The notes: a model not told the origin generated them from the sequence alone. A stretch of DNA of 61,342 nucleotides, filler included, from 5 parts of 5 records of this genome joined end to end with filler, not necessarily neighbours in it, one strand, 5' to 3'. Counted from the first letter of the whole stretch, positions 10,140-21,095 are shown. A program made the numbers and translations.

Positions 10140-13100
10140 ATGAAAATTACATTTATTTCAATACATAGGGGAACAGTACCTATAGTACTATTTACCGTAC
10201 TAATATTGGTGGGGCTTTACAGTGCCACAAAAATGAATTATGCGCTGCTGCCCGATATAAATACACCTACCATACTGGTAAGCACTATTTATCCTGGAGC
10301 TGGCCCTAATGAGGTTGAAAAGACAGTAACTATACCCATTGAAAAAATTTTAGGTTCTATGGAAGGAGTGGAAGAACTTAGTTCAAAATCTATGGAGGGA
10401 GTATCCATTACAGCCATTACCTTATCTCTCAATTCTGATGTTGATATTGCCATTCAGGAAGCCAGTCGGAAACTCGACCGAATTATGCGGGATTTGCCAA
10501 AAGATATTTATAAACCATCACTAGAAAAGTTTAACATTAATGCCTTGCCCATATTTATTGCCGGTGTAAATTCCAACCTTACCGAAGCAGACTTTTACGA
10601 CTTGGTTAGAGATAATATTCAGCCCGAACTAAACAACATAAAAGGAGTAGCACGTGTTGACCTCGTGGGGGGTGTTGAACGCGAGATTAAAGCAATGGTA
10701 AATCCAGATAAAATAGAGGCGTACAATTTAAACTTGCTTCATGTTTGTAAAATGATTGAATATGCCAATATGGAGTTTCCAACAGGCAAGCTTGAAACCA
10801 ATAGTAGCGTAATAAATATACGATTGTCGGGTAAGCTTAAAAGTGTTGAAGACCTAAAAAAAGTTGTTGTTGGTGGTGCAAAAGACGGAACAATTATCCG
10901 CTTAAAAGATATTGCCGATGTGCACGAAGGGCTTACAGAACCCGAAAAGTTAGCCCGTATCAATGGACAGGAAACGATTGGAATTGAAATTATAAAACAA
11001 AAGGAAGCCAACTCGGTTGAAATGAGCCGGCTTTTAAGAGAAAAGATAGTGCAGCTTGAAGAGCGTTATCAACGTAATAATCTGAAATTTGAAATTGCGG
11101 ACGACCAGTCGCGGTTTACATTGCAAGCAGCAGAAGCAGTAAAACACGATTTAATTTTAGCTATTATTCTTGTGTCGGCAATTATGTTGTTCTTCCTTCA
11201 AAGTTTACGAAATTCAATATTTGTTTTGGTAGCTATTCCGGTTTCTTTGATTTCTACATTTACTGCCATGTTTTTGTTCGGCTTTACGTTCGATTTAATT
11301 AGCCTTACCTCATTGTCGTTGGTTGTGGGCTCGTTGGTTGACGATGCAATTGTGGTTATCGAAAATATTTACCGGCACATGGAGATGGGGAAAAAACGTT
11401 TACATGCCTCTTTCGATGCAGTTCAGGAACTAGGTTTAACGGTAACAGCAATTACGCTGGTGCTGGTAGCTGTATTTCTACCAATTGCTTTTGTAACCGG
11501 AATTGTTGGCGACATTTTACGTGAATACGCTGTTACCATTGTTGTTTCCATGTTGTTTAGCTTATTGGTATCGTTTACACTGGTTCCATATATGACTGCG
11601 CGGTGGGCAAAACTTGCCACCCCAAAGAACAATCTTATGGGAAAACTTCTCAAAGGTTTTGAGAAAATTATTGATATCACTTGTGCCGGAGTAGTGGTGG
11701 CTATGAAATGGGCATTAAATCATAAAATTCTGACAAGTCTTTTAACGCTTGGACTGTTTTTTAGTACTCTTTGCTTATTGCCAGCCGGGTACATTGGTAC
11801 CGAGTTTACAGCTGCCGGAGACCGTGGTTCATTCCTAATTAGGTTAGAGCATTCACATAATATCAGCCTTTCAGAAAACAACCGGATAACACGACTTGCT
11901 GAACAAATAATTTTGAGCTACAACGAAGTAGATTTGGTTTATGCAACAGTTGGTAAAAAATCGGGACTGGCAACCACTACTACAACCCCATACTTTAGCG
12001 AAATTAGCGTAAACATGGTACCCAAATACCAGCGCAATATAAGTACCAATATTTTTGCACGTAGGGTAAGGGCGCGCCTTGAAGAGCAACTATTAGGAGC
12101 CAAAGTAAAAGCTGTTGCAGTAAGTATAATGGGGAATGAAGATATTGCTCTAGAATACTTTGTTACGGGTGCAAATGCCGATAGCGTAAACAGCTATGCC
12201 GAACAGGTTTTTAAGTGCCTGCAAAATACGAAAGGAACCATCGAAACTGAAATAGGTGTTCAGAAATCTGACTCGGAATATAACATTGTTGTTAATCGCA
12301 TTAAAATGGCAAAACTGGGACTGAACCTGTCAGAAGTAGGAGCAATCCTAAATTATTCGTTTAAAGGCAATAATAAAAATAAATTTAGAAACGGCAATAA
12401 TGAATACGATATAAATGTAATTTTAGACGCGAACGACCGTCGGGTAAAATCAGACCTCGAACAACTAAATTTTCGTTCCGCAACAAGTGGAGAGCAAATA
12501 AAACTATCTCAATTTGCCGTAGTTGAAGAGTCGGTAGGTCCGTCATCGCTTGAACGGTTCAATCGAAATCCATCGGTAAAAGTTACAAGTCAGATTTTGG
12601 GTGTTTCACAAGGCGAAGTGCAGGAAGCTTTTTTCAAAAATTTAAAAGAAATACCAGCCCCCCAAGGAGTTTCTGTTTTGAAATCGCAAAAAACCCGATT
12701 AATGGAGGAATCATTTAAAGATTTGGGGCTGGCATTTATTGCAGCAATTATTTTTGTTTATTTGATTATGGTTGTGCTTTACAATAATTGGCTCGACCCC
12801 CTTGTGGTAATGTTCTCAATTCCATTGGCCATAATTGGTGCACTGTGGGCTTTGGCTTTATCAAACCTAACCCTAAATATCTTCTCAATTCTTGGAATTG
12901 TAATGCTGGCGGGTCTTGTGGCTAAAAATGCAATTTTAGTTGTCGATTTTATCAACGAACGAATGAACAACGGTTCTACATTAATGCAAGCAATCGAGGA
13001 AGCCGTTAGATTGCGTTTCCGTCCGATTGTAATGACCAATGTTTCTATGATAATCGGCTTGTTTCCTTTGGCTCTTTCGCAAAGCGAGGGTTCCGAATGG

Positions 13101-13229
13101 AAAAACGGAATTGGTTGGACTTTAATTGGTGGGCTTACGGTTTCCATGTTTCTTTCAATGATAATAGTACCAATGATTTACTATGTATTCAAAAAACTTC
13201 AATTAAGGTTTGGCAACACCTCTAATTAA
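10140..13229 (+). CDS. RND efflux permease (AcrB/AcrD/AcrF family)
   Basis: 1029 aa; YPGAGP, GSLVDDAIVVIENI, GLVAKNAILVVDF, RFRPIVMT. Confidence 0.96.
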   Translation: MKITFISIHRGTVPIVLFTVLILVGLYSATKMNYALLPDINTPTILVSTIYPGAGPNEVEKTVTIPIEKILGSMEGVEELSSKSMEGVSITAITLSLNSDVDIAIQEASRKLDRIMRDLPKDIYKPSLEKFNINALPIFIAGVNSNLTEADFYDLVRDNIQPELNNIKGVARVDLVGGVEREIKAMVNPDKIEAYNLNLLHVCKMIEYANMEFPTGKLETNSSVINIRLSGKLKSVEDLKKVVVGGAKDGTIIRLKDIADVHEGLTEPEKLARINGQETIGIEIIKQKEANSVEMSRLLREKIVQLEERYQRNNLKFEIADDQSRFTLQAAEAVKHDLILAIILVSAIMLFFLQSLRNSIFVLVAIPVSLISTFTAMFLFGFTFDLISLTSLSLVVGSLVDDAIVVIENIYRHMEMGKKRLHASFDAVQELGLTVTAITLVLVAVFLPIAFVTGIVGDILREYAVTIVVSMLFSLLVSFTLVPYMTARWAKLATPKNNLMGKLLKGFEKIIDITCAGVVVAMKWALNHKILTSLLTLGLFFSTLCLLPAGYIGTEFTAAGDRGSFLIRLEHSHNISLSENNRITRLAEQIILSYNEVDLVYATVGKKSGLATTTTTPYFSEISVNMVPKYQRNISTNIFARRVRARLEEQLLGAKVKAVAVSIMGNEDIALEYFVTGANADSVNSYAEQVFKCLQNTKGTIETEIGVQKSDSEYNIVVNRIKMAKLGLNLSEVGAILNYSFKGNNKNKFRNGNNEYDINVILDANDRRVKSDLEQLNFRSATSGEQIKLSQFAVVEESVGPSSLERFNRNPSVKVTSQILGVSQGEVQEAFFKNLKEIPAPQGVSVLKSQKTRLMEESFKDLGLAFIAAIIFVYLIMVVLYNNWLDPLVVMFSIPLAIIGALWALALSNLTLNIFSILGIVMLAGLVAKNAILVVDFINERMNNGSTLMQAIEEAVRLRFRPIVMTNVSMIIGLFPLALSQSEGSEWKNGIGWTLIGGLTVSMFLSMIIVPMIYYVFKKLQLRFGNTSN

Positions 13230-13284
13230 GCGCTTACTATCAAAGCTTTGTGTTTTGTAATAGGCTCACATTCAGTAATAAATA

Positions 13285-13364
13285 CGGAGCATTTAAAGGT
13301 GGTACGTTCCAATTCTAATCATTTAAAAGTGAATCTTATGCCTTGCCTGCTCTTTCTACATTTG
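13285..13364 (+). promoter_or_regulatory. Second putative AraC operator (13285-13312) plus -7 element TACATTTG (13357-13364)
   Basis: CGGAGCA-TTTAAAGG-TGGTACG-TTCCAA; same architecture and 51-nt offset to -7 as the 4542 site. Confidence 0.6.
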
Positions 13365-13384
13365 GTATCAAAACAAAATTAAAT

Positions 13385-14377
13385 ATGAAAACTACTTTTT
13401 TAAGCATTCTTCTGGTATTAACACTTAATTCATTTGGACAAGATAAAAAAGTTGATGAGTGGTTAGTATTCTATTTGGGAGGACAATCGAATATGGCTGG
13501 TGTTGCCCAGGCAAAAGATTTACCCAAAGAACTAATCAGCGGATACGAGGACATATACATTTTTCAAGGACGTACAGAACCCAATGGAGCTGACAGTGCA
13601 GGTATTGGCATTTGGGAAGAGTTAAGACCCGGTCATGGGGTATATTTTACAACTAATGGAACAGAAAATATACACTCAGACTATTTTGGACCCGAGTTAT
13701 CACTTGGTAAAAGATTAAAAGAACTTTATCCTGATAAGAAGATTGCTTTGGTAAAATATGCACGAGGAGGGTCTAAACTCGATACACTTGGTAAAATTGA
13801 TGATTATGGATGCTGGGCACCAGGCATTTCAAACTATAAACATCAACCAACACAAACCGACTTTTTTATTTCAACAGTTAATAATGCCTTTTCTGTTCGC
13901 GATATTAATAACGACGGTATCAAAGACAGGCTTATTCCGAGTGGTATATTTTGGATGCAAGGAGAAGCTGATGCACTTTCAAAGGGACGGGCACTAAACT
14001 ATAGAGAAAATTTGCAAACTATGATTCGCATTATGAGGTCAGTACTTAGAGATATGCATTTACCTGTGGTAATTGGGAAAATCTCGGATTCAAGCAATAA
14101 ACAAGGGGGATATAGAAAAATATGGAAATATGGGGAAACTGTAATGTATGCCCAGGAGCAAGTGGCCGAAGAAGATGACCGTGTAAATATTGTAAACCGA
14201 ACCATGTTTTACAATTATGGAGACCCCGCCCATTACGATGTTGATGGTTATATTGATTTGGGAATACAATTTGGAAATGAAATGTATTTGTTAATACGAA
14301 ACCGAAAGAGCCGAAGAGGTTTACCAAAAGTTGAATTTATTACACCTCCCGATATCACTAATAAAAAAACAAACTAA
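13385..14377 (+). CDS. SGNH esterase, sialate O-acetylesterase/CE6-like (paralog 1)
   Basis: Likely ATG 13385; signal peptide; GQSNM, FGPEL, WMQGE, DPAHY (DxxH). Confidence 0.9.
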   Translation: MKTTFLSILLVLTLNSFGQDKKVDEWLVFYLGGQSNMAGVAQAKDLPKELISGYEDIYIFQGRTEPNGADSAGIGIWEELRPGHGVYFTTNGTENIHSDYFGPELSLGKRLKELYPDKKIALVKYARGGSKLDTLGKIDDYGCWAPGISNYKHQPTQTDFFISTVNNAFSVRDINNDGIKDRLIPSGIFWMQGEADALSKGRALNYRENLQTMIRIMRSVLRDMHLPVVIGKISDSSNKQGGYRKIWKYGETVMYAQEQVAEEDDRVNIVNRTMFYNYGDPAHYDVDGYIDLGIQFGNEMYLLIRNRKSRRGLPKVEFITPPDITNKKTN

Positions 14378-14386
14378 AATATAATT

Positions 14387-15352
14387 ATGAAACAAATCTT
14401 ATTACTAATTGGAATTATTTGGGCTGGAAATGCCATAGGGCAAAGTGAAAATGTTGATGAATGGATGTTGTTTTATCTGGGAGGTCAGTCGAATATGGAG
14501 GGCCTGGGCCTGGTTAATCAACTTCCGGAAGAACTAAAAAAAGGTTATGACGATATTTACATTTTTCATGGGCAGCATGTTTTAAATGGCGAAAAAAATG
14601 GAGGCTTGGGCATATGGGAAGAACTAAAACCTGGGCATGGCTTTGAATTTTCTTCCGATGGAAATAGCAATACAATGGGGCGTGGATTTGGCGCTGAGTT
14701 AACCATTGGTAAACGCCTTAAAGAGTTATATCCCGGTAAAAAAATTGCTTTAATAAAATACGCCCGTGGAGGTACAAAATTAGACACAATTGGCGGACTA
14801 GGCATTTTCGGAACCTGGGCTCCGGGCATGTACGACTGTGTTAAACCAACCCAAACAGATTATTTTATAAATACCGTAAAAAATGCTTATGCAACTCATG
14901 ATATAAACAACGATGGAGTTGAGGATAAATTAATTCCAAGTGGCATTTTTTGGATGCAAGGCGAATCAGACGCTGAAACGAAGCAAATGGCATTAAACTA
15001 TTACAGGAACCTAAGTATAATGATGTCGATAATAAGAGGCGTGTTATGGGATATAAACCTACCGGTAGTTATTGGTAAAATTTCAGAATCGGGCAGAGGG
15101 AACAGAGGTTCAAAAGTATGGAAACATGGTGAGTTGGTAATGTATGCCCAAGAGCAATATGTTGCGGATGACCCCAATGCCAGAATTGTTAGAACAACTT
15201 CGAAATACGATTATTCAGACCCATTTCATTACGATAGTAAAGGGTATGTTGATTTAGGAATCAGGTTTGCCGAAGAGTTTTATATGCTTGATAAAAACCT
15301 ATTGCTAAAAAGAAAGATTCCAAAAATCCAATTTTTAAATGATAAAGAATAA
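14387..15352 (+). CDS. SGNH esterase, sialate O-acetylesterase/CE6-like (paralog 2)
   Basis: GQSNM, WMQGE, DPFHY; colinear with the upstream paralog. Confidence 0.9.
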   Translation: MKQILLLIGIIWAGNAIGQSENVDEWMLFYLGGQSNMEGLGLVNQLPEELKKGYDDIYIFHGQHVLNGEKNGGLGIWEELKPGHGFEFSSDGNSNTMGRGFGAELTIGKRLKELYPGKKIALIKYARGGTKLDTIGGLGIFGTWAPGMYDCVKPTQTDYFINTVKNAYATHDINNDGVEDKLIPSGIFWMQGESDAETKQMALNYYRNLSIMMSIIRGVLWDINLPVVIGKISESGRGNRGSKVWKHGELVMYAQEQYVADDPNARIVRTTSKYDYSDPFHYDSKGYVDLGIRFAEEFYMLDKNLLLKRKIPKIQFLNDKE

Positions 15353-15367
15353 GCAAGAACAGTAACG

Positions 15368-17264
15368 ATGAACAAAATAACTTTAATTATCATTTTTCTG
15401 ACTGTGATTTTTAGTAGCTGTCAGAAAAAAACCGACAATAGTATTGTTGAAAACTGGGGACATTCTACTTTGAATGTTATTGAAATCAACGGTTTTAAGT
15501 ATCGAGACTTAAACAAAAATGGTGAATTGGATAAATACGAAGACCGACGAAATACGGATGATGAACGCATAAACGATTTGTTGGAACAAATGTCAGTTAA
15601 AGAAAAAGCGGGATTAATGTTTCATCCGTCCATTTTTTTTCCAAAAATGTCGAAGAGAAAGGATTCCACTTCCATTTACAAGCACATTATGAAGCGGGCG
15701 GGAAAAAACCGAAAATTAATTGAAGGAAATTCAATTACACACATGGTTGTAATGCAAGGTGCCAGACCTAGATATATGGCATTTTGGCAAAACGAAGTTC
15801 AAAAAATAGGTGAAAGTACACGTCTTGGAATTCCGGTTACTTTTAGTTCAGACCCTCGCCATGGTTTCCGCGAACAATCTGGAATTGCAGCTGAAAAGAG
15901 TGTTGGTTTTAGTGTGTGGCCCGAACAAATTGGGCTGGGAGCAATCGGAGACCCCAAAATTGCCATGCAGTTCGGACAAATTGCAAACCAAGAGTACCGA
16001 GCTATTGGTATTCGCACAGCCCTACACCCTATGGCTGATTTGGCAACCGAACCACGTTGGTCGCGTACGGTTGGTACCTTCGGTGAGGATGCTGATTTGT
16101 CAGCAGAGCTTACCTGGGCTTACATGAAAGGTTTTCAAGGGAAAACGTTTGGCGAGGAAAGCGTTTCTTGTATGATAAAACACTTTTCGGGTGGTGGTCC
16201 GCAGGAAGATGGTTGGGACCCACATTTAACTTATGGGCGCAACCAAGTATATCCCGGAGGAAATTTCGATTACCATATTAAACCATTTGTTAAAGCCATT
16301 AAAGATGGATGTAATCAAATAATGCCCTATTATGGTATTCCAATGGGGCAAACCTCTGAAGATGTTGCTTATGCTTATAATAAAGATGTACTCCATGGTA
16401 TGCTTAGAAATGACTTAGGGTTTGAGGGGGTTATTTGTGCCGACTGGACTATTTTAACTGATAAACCCTGGGGGGTTGATTCGCTCTCTTTAGACGAATT
16501 AATTATAAAATCGTTGGATGCCGGAATTGACCAATGGGGAGGTGAGACCTGTGTTGATGAATTGGTAAGTTTAGTTGAGCGGAGCCTTGGTAAAGGAAGA
16601 ACGTATTAATCAATCAGTAAAACGCATTCTAAAAATCAAGTTTGAAATGGGTTTATTCGATAACCCTTTTGTTGATGAGAACAAGGCAGAAGTTATATGT
16701 GGTACAAAAGAATTTTTAGATGCCGGATTTAAAGCTCAAAAGTTATCTCAGGTACTACTAAAGAATCAAGATAATATTTTACCACTAGGCACCGATAAAA
16801 AAGTATTCCTTCATGGATATGCTGATGGTGTTGCCGAGCGATATGCGACTGTGGTTGAGAATATTGAAGAAGCAGACGTTATTCTTATGAAACTGGAGAC
16901 CAGTTATGATAAGTCTATGAAGAAAGGTTTAGAGGTAATTCTGCATCAGGGCTCATTAAGTTACCCGAAAGAAGAACGCGATGCAATTCTTAATATAATT
17001 GCACAAAAACCAACCATTATTAGTATGTATATGGACCGACCGGCTGTAGAACCGGAAATGGTTGAAAGAACCAATGCATATATTGCCCATTTTGGGGCAA
17101 CCGACGAAGCACTTTTAGATATAATTTTTGGAAAGTTTGTGCCTTCAGGAAAGTTACCATTCGAAATTCCGTCATCGATGATTGCGGTTGAGAAACAAAA
17201 AGAAGATTTACCTTATGATTCTGAAAATCCTGCGTTTGAGTACGGTTTCGGTCTTTCCTACTAA
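15368..17264 (+). CDS. GH3 beta-glucosidase lipoprotein; frameshift near 16575
   Basis: Lipobox FSSC; TRLGIP, SSDPRH, EPRWSR, IKHF, ICADW (nucleophile). ORF 16575-17264 supplies the C-domain (VLLKN, PSGKLPFE, FGLSY). Confidence 0.9.
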
Positions 17265-17284
17265 AAACAATAAAAAAAATTACA

Positions 17285-19603
17285 ATGAAAATAATTAATT
17301 ACTTCGTTCTGTGTTTGTGTTTGTGTGCTAACAATTTATACGCCCAAAACGAATTGAAAAAAGATGGTTGGTATGACCTGAATAAAAACGGTAAAAAGGA
17401 TGTGTATGAAAATCCTGAGGTGAACATGAATGAGCGAGTAAATAACTTGCTTGAAATGATGACCTTGGAGGAAAAAGTTGGACAAATGTACCAGGCAATG
17501 TTTTCGTCGCGTGCTGCGGCTGAGGTTGGTGATGCACCCAAAGACTCTCCTGATTACTTTCACAAGAAAGGAATATTAGGGTCGGTATTGGGCAGCAAAA
17601 AAGCGAAGGATGCGTTTAAAGCCCAAACAGCAATTCTTGAAAAGTCCCGTCTCGGTATTCCACTTACCTTCCACTTAGATGTAATTCATGGGTTTGAAAC
17701 AGGTTTCCCGGTTAATATTGCAATGTCGGGTATGTGGGAACCTGCCGAAATAGAGCGTATGGCTTCCATTTCAGCCGCAGAAGCTACAGCGGCTGGAATT
17801 AATTTTAACCACGGACCAATGATGGATGTTTGCCGCGACCCTCGCTGGGGACGCTGTACAGAAGGAAATGGCGAAGATACTTATTTGTGTTCTGAGATAG
17901 CTGCTGCTTATGTTCGCGGATACCAGGGCAATAGCTTATACGATAAAAATACCATTGTTGCTTGTGCAAAACATTTTGCTGGTTATGGTGCTTCCGAAGC
18001 GGGAAGAGATTACAATAGTACTTTCTTTGATGAAAGAACATTGCGCGAACTTTATCTTCCTCCATTTCAAGCCTCAATAAATGAAGGATTGGAGTCAATT
18101 ATGACATCATTTAATATTATTAACGGGATTCCAAGCACTGGAAATAGTTGGTTGTTAAAAGAAATAGGCAGGGAAGAAATGGGATTCAACGGAGTATATA
18201 TTTCCGATTACGGAGCAACCGAAGAAATGATTGAACATGCTTATGTTGCTAATTTAAAAGATGCTTGCGAAAAATCAATAAAAGCCACGGTTGATATTGA
18301 AATGGTTTCGCAATCGTATGTGAAGTACATTCCTAAATTGCTGGAAGAGGGCAAACTTGTAATGAAGGATATTGACTTATGTGTATCCCGTATCCTTGCT
18401 ATGAAGTTCAAACTGGGCATATTTGATGACCCTTTCCGTTATATTGATGTTGAGACTTCAAAATCACGCATATTAACCAAGGCAAACCGAAAGGCAGCTC
18501 GCGAAATTGCCGGAAAGTCAATGGTTTTATTAGAAAATGATACTGTGCCTGAAACCGGAAAACCCATTTTGCCTTTAAATGTAAACGACTATAAAAACGT
18601 TGCATTAATTGGTCCCTTTGCAAATACTAAAAACCTGCTGGGAGCCTGGTCCATAGGTGCAAGCCCACGTTATGTTGTGTCGGTAGAAAAAGGAATGAAA
18701 GCGGCTTTTCCTGAAGGTTGTAATATTAACACAGTAGAAGCCTGTAAAGAAACCTGGGGAGAAAAAATTGAAGAAGAATGGGATGAAGCAATTAGCTTGG
18801 CAAAAGAAAGCGATTTGGTTGTATTGTGCTTGGGTGAATCTGACCGTTTAAGTGGCGAAGCAGCTTCGCGCGCAAGGCTCGACTTTCCGGGAGCGCAAAA
18901 AGAATTAGCCGAAGAAATACTTGCATTAGGAAAACCGGTCGTTCTTGTCGTATTTTCAGGTCGCCCCTTAATTATGGAGTGGTATAAAGAACATTTTCCT
19001 GCAATTGTTTATGCTTGGTATCCGGGAACCGAAGCCGGAAATGCTGTTGCCGATGTATTAACGGGCAAGTTAAACCCATCGGCAAAATTAACAATGAGCT
19101 TTCCGGTTTGTGAAGGGCAAATTCCTGTGTATTACAACTATTTTAATACCGGTAGACCGATAAAACCAGGGGTGCAATCAAAGTTCCGTTCGCGTTATCT
19201 CGATATTCCCAATGAACCCTTGTATGCCTTTGGATATGGATTAAGCTACACAAACTATGAATATTCGGATTTTCAGATTAACAATAATTCTTTGACAAAA
19301 GGAGGAGAAATAACAGCATCGGTAAAGGTTTCGAACACAGGAAATTTTGCCGGAGACGAAATTGTTCAGTGGTATATAAGAGATATTGCTGGTAGTGTTG
19401 TTCGCCCGGTAAAAGAACTAAAAGGTTTTAATAAACTTCATTTAAATCCAGGAGAATCCAAAAATGTAACTTTCACTATAAACGAAGATAAATTAAAGTT
19501 TTGGAACAGTGAAATGCAATATGAAGCCGAAATTGGTGATTTCCAAATTATGGTTGGAACGACTTCAGATAAACTTGAAGTTTTATCGTTTGAATTAAGA
19601 TAA
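17285..19603 (+). CDS. GH3 beta-glucosidase (BglX-like)
   Basis: SRLGIP, DVIHG, RDPRWGR, AKHFAGYG, ISDY, SGEAASR, FGYGLSYT and Fn3-like C-terminus. Confidence 0.95.
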   Translation: MKIINYFVLCLCLCANNLYAQNELKKDGWYDLNKNGKKDVYENPEVNMNERVNNLLEMMTLEEKVGQMYQAMFSSRAAAEVGDAPKDSPDYFHKKGILGSVLGSKKAKDAFKAQTAILEKSRLGIPLTFHLDVIHGFETGFPVNIAMSGMWEPAEIERMASISAAEATAAGINFNHGPMMDVCRDPRWGRCTEGNGEDTYLCSEIAAAYVRGYQGNSLYDKNTIVACAKHFAGYGASEAGRDYNSTFFDERTLRELYLPPFQASINEGLESIMTSFNIINGIPSTGNSWLLKEIGREEMGFNGVYISDYGATEEMIEHAYVANLKDACEKSIKATVDIEMVSQSYVKYIPKLLEEGKLVMKDIDLCVSRILAMKFKLGIFDDPFRYIDVETSKSRILTKANRKAAREIAGKSMVLLENDTVPETGKPILPLNVNDYKNVALIGPFANTKNLLGAWSIGASPRYVVSVEKGMKAAFPEGCNINTVEACKETWGEKIEEEWDEAISLAKESDLVVLCLGESDRLSGEAASRARLDFPGAQKELAEEILALGKPVVLVVFSGRPLIMEWYKEHFPAIVYAWYPGTEAGNAVADVLTGKLNPSAKLTMSFPVCEGQIPVYYNYFNTGRPIKPGVQSKFRSRYLDIPNEPLYAFGYGLSYTNYEYSDFQINNNSLTKGGEITASVKVSNTGNFAGDEIVQWYIRDIAGSVVRPVKELKGFNKLHLNPGESKNVTFTINEDKLKFWNSEMQYEAEIGDFQIMVGTTSDKLEVLSFELR

Positions 19604-19627
19604 AAGCAACAATTAAACATAGGTAAA

Positions 19628-20547
19628 ATGAAACGATTAAATGTTTTCTTTTGGTTTATAATTCTATTGGTTAACATTGTTTGGGCGCAAGATGAACAGA
19701 TGAATCTGTGGGAAAATGGTGCACCAAATAAAAACATACCACCCGGTAAAGAAAGGAAAGAAAAAGACGCTTTTGGAAACCATATTGTTTTCAATATTTC
19801 AGAAGCAGAATTATATGTGTACCTACCTGAAAAAGAAAAGCGAAATGGCAGTGCAGTAATTATTTGCCCAGGTGGAGGCTACGGTGTTCAGGCTATTGAC
19901 CATGAGGGACATGCTTATGCGAAATTTTTAAAAAGAAATGGAATAGTTGGCATTGTTTTAAAATATCGTTTACCATATGGAAAACATTTTATTCCGGTAA
20001 GCGATGGACTAAGAGCAGTTCGAGTGGTACGCAATAAAGCTAAAGATTGGCAAATTGATACCAATAGAATTGGAATAGCAGGTTTTTCAGCAGGTGGTCA
20101 TTTAGCTTCAACAATAGGTACTCATTGGGACAATGGGAAAAAAATTCTGATGACTTGATTAACACCATAAGTAGCCGCCCCGATTTTCTGATACTGATTT
20201 ATCCGGTAATTAGTTTTACAGAACAACTTGGCTCGGCAGGAACAAGACAAAATTTGATTGGTATGACCAACAGTTGGCGAAAAGCAAGTAAGTATAGCAG
20301 TGAACTGAATGTGACTCCTGAAACACCACCTACTTTTCTCGTCCATTGTCACGACGATTTTGTCGTTTCATCATTAAACTCAATTGAATTTTATGCTGCG
20401 TTAAAAGCGGCTAAGGTTTCAGCCGAATTACATCTTTTCGCTAAAGGAGGACATGGTTTTGGTATGAACAAACAAAACCTGCCGGTTGATGATTGGTCCA
20501 AACTTACTGTTCAGTGGATGAATGAAAATATTCTGAAAAAGCAATAA
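19628..20547 (+). CDS. Secreted alpha/beta-hydrolase (esterase, BD-FAE-like); frameshift near 20140
   Basis: ICPGGGY, GFSAGGHLA (Ser), then SSRPDF..HCHDD..GGHGFG in the next frame; break falls in an A7 run. Confidence 0.9.
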
Positions 20548-20609
20548 GGAATATCTGATAAACATTTTTTAGAAAGAACGGACTGGAGGAATATTTAAAG
20601 TACAATACA

Positions 20610-21029
20610 ATGAATAAAAGTATATGCAAAATAAAAGTGTTAGTAATTCTACTTGCAACCATTCTTTTGGTTGGGTGTAGTTTAAAGCCGAGGGATGCAA
20701 AACCTGAACAGTTTGTTGGAAAATGGATTCTGACGGTTGAAGACCTGCCAGAGATAGGTGACATTAAAGCTCAGTTTAATGTTACATATAACGATTCTGT
20801 ATTATCGGGCTATATTTTTGATATGAAGTATGGTAAAACAGACATTGATAAATTAAAAATCGATAACGGAAATATTAGGGCTTATTATACGTGGGGGGAT
20901 AATAATGTTAACCTAAAACTTCGAATTGACGAAAACGATTCTTCGAAAATTGAAGGGAGGTTACTAGGGATATTTAAGGTGAAAGGGCATCTTTTTGTTC
21001 GTTCAAAAAGAAATGTCTTGAAGCAATAG
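20610..21029 (+). CDS. Small beta-barrel lipoprotein, paralog of 4684-5088
   Basis: Lipobox LVGC; FVGKWILTV, GDI, LSGYI, GKT, EGRLLGIFKV align with the 4684 protein. Confidence 0.8.
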   Translation: MNKSICKIKVLVILLATILLVGCSLKPRDAKPEQFVGKWILTVEDLPEIGDIKAQFNVTYNDSVLSGYIFDMKYGKTDIDKLKIDNGNIRAYYTWGDNNVNLKLRIDENDSSKIEGRLLGIFKVKGHLFVRSKRNVLKQ

Positions 21030-21095
21030 ATTAATACAGTTTGGTTTAGTTAGAAAAGGGAAGGGAGAACATGGCTATTCTTTATGGAGTTTTTT

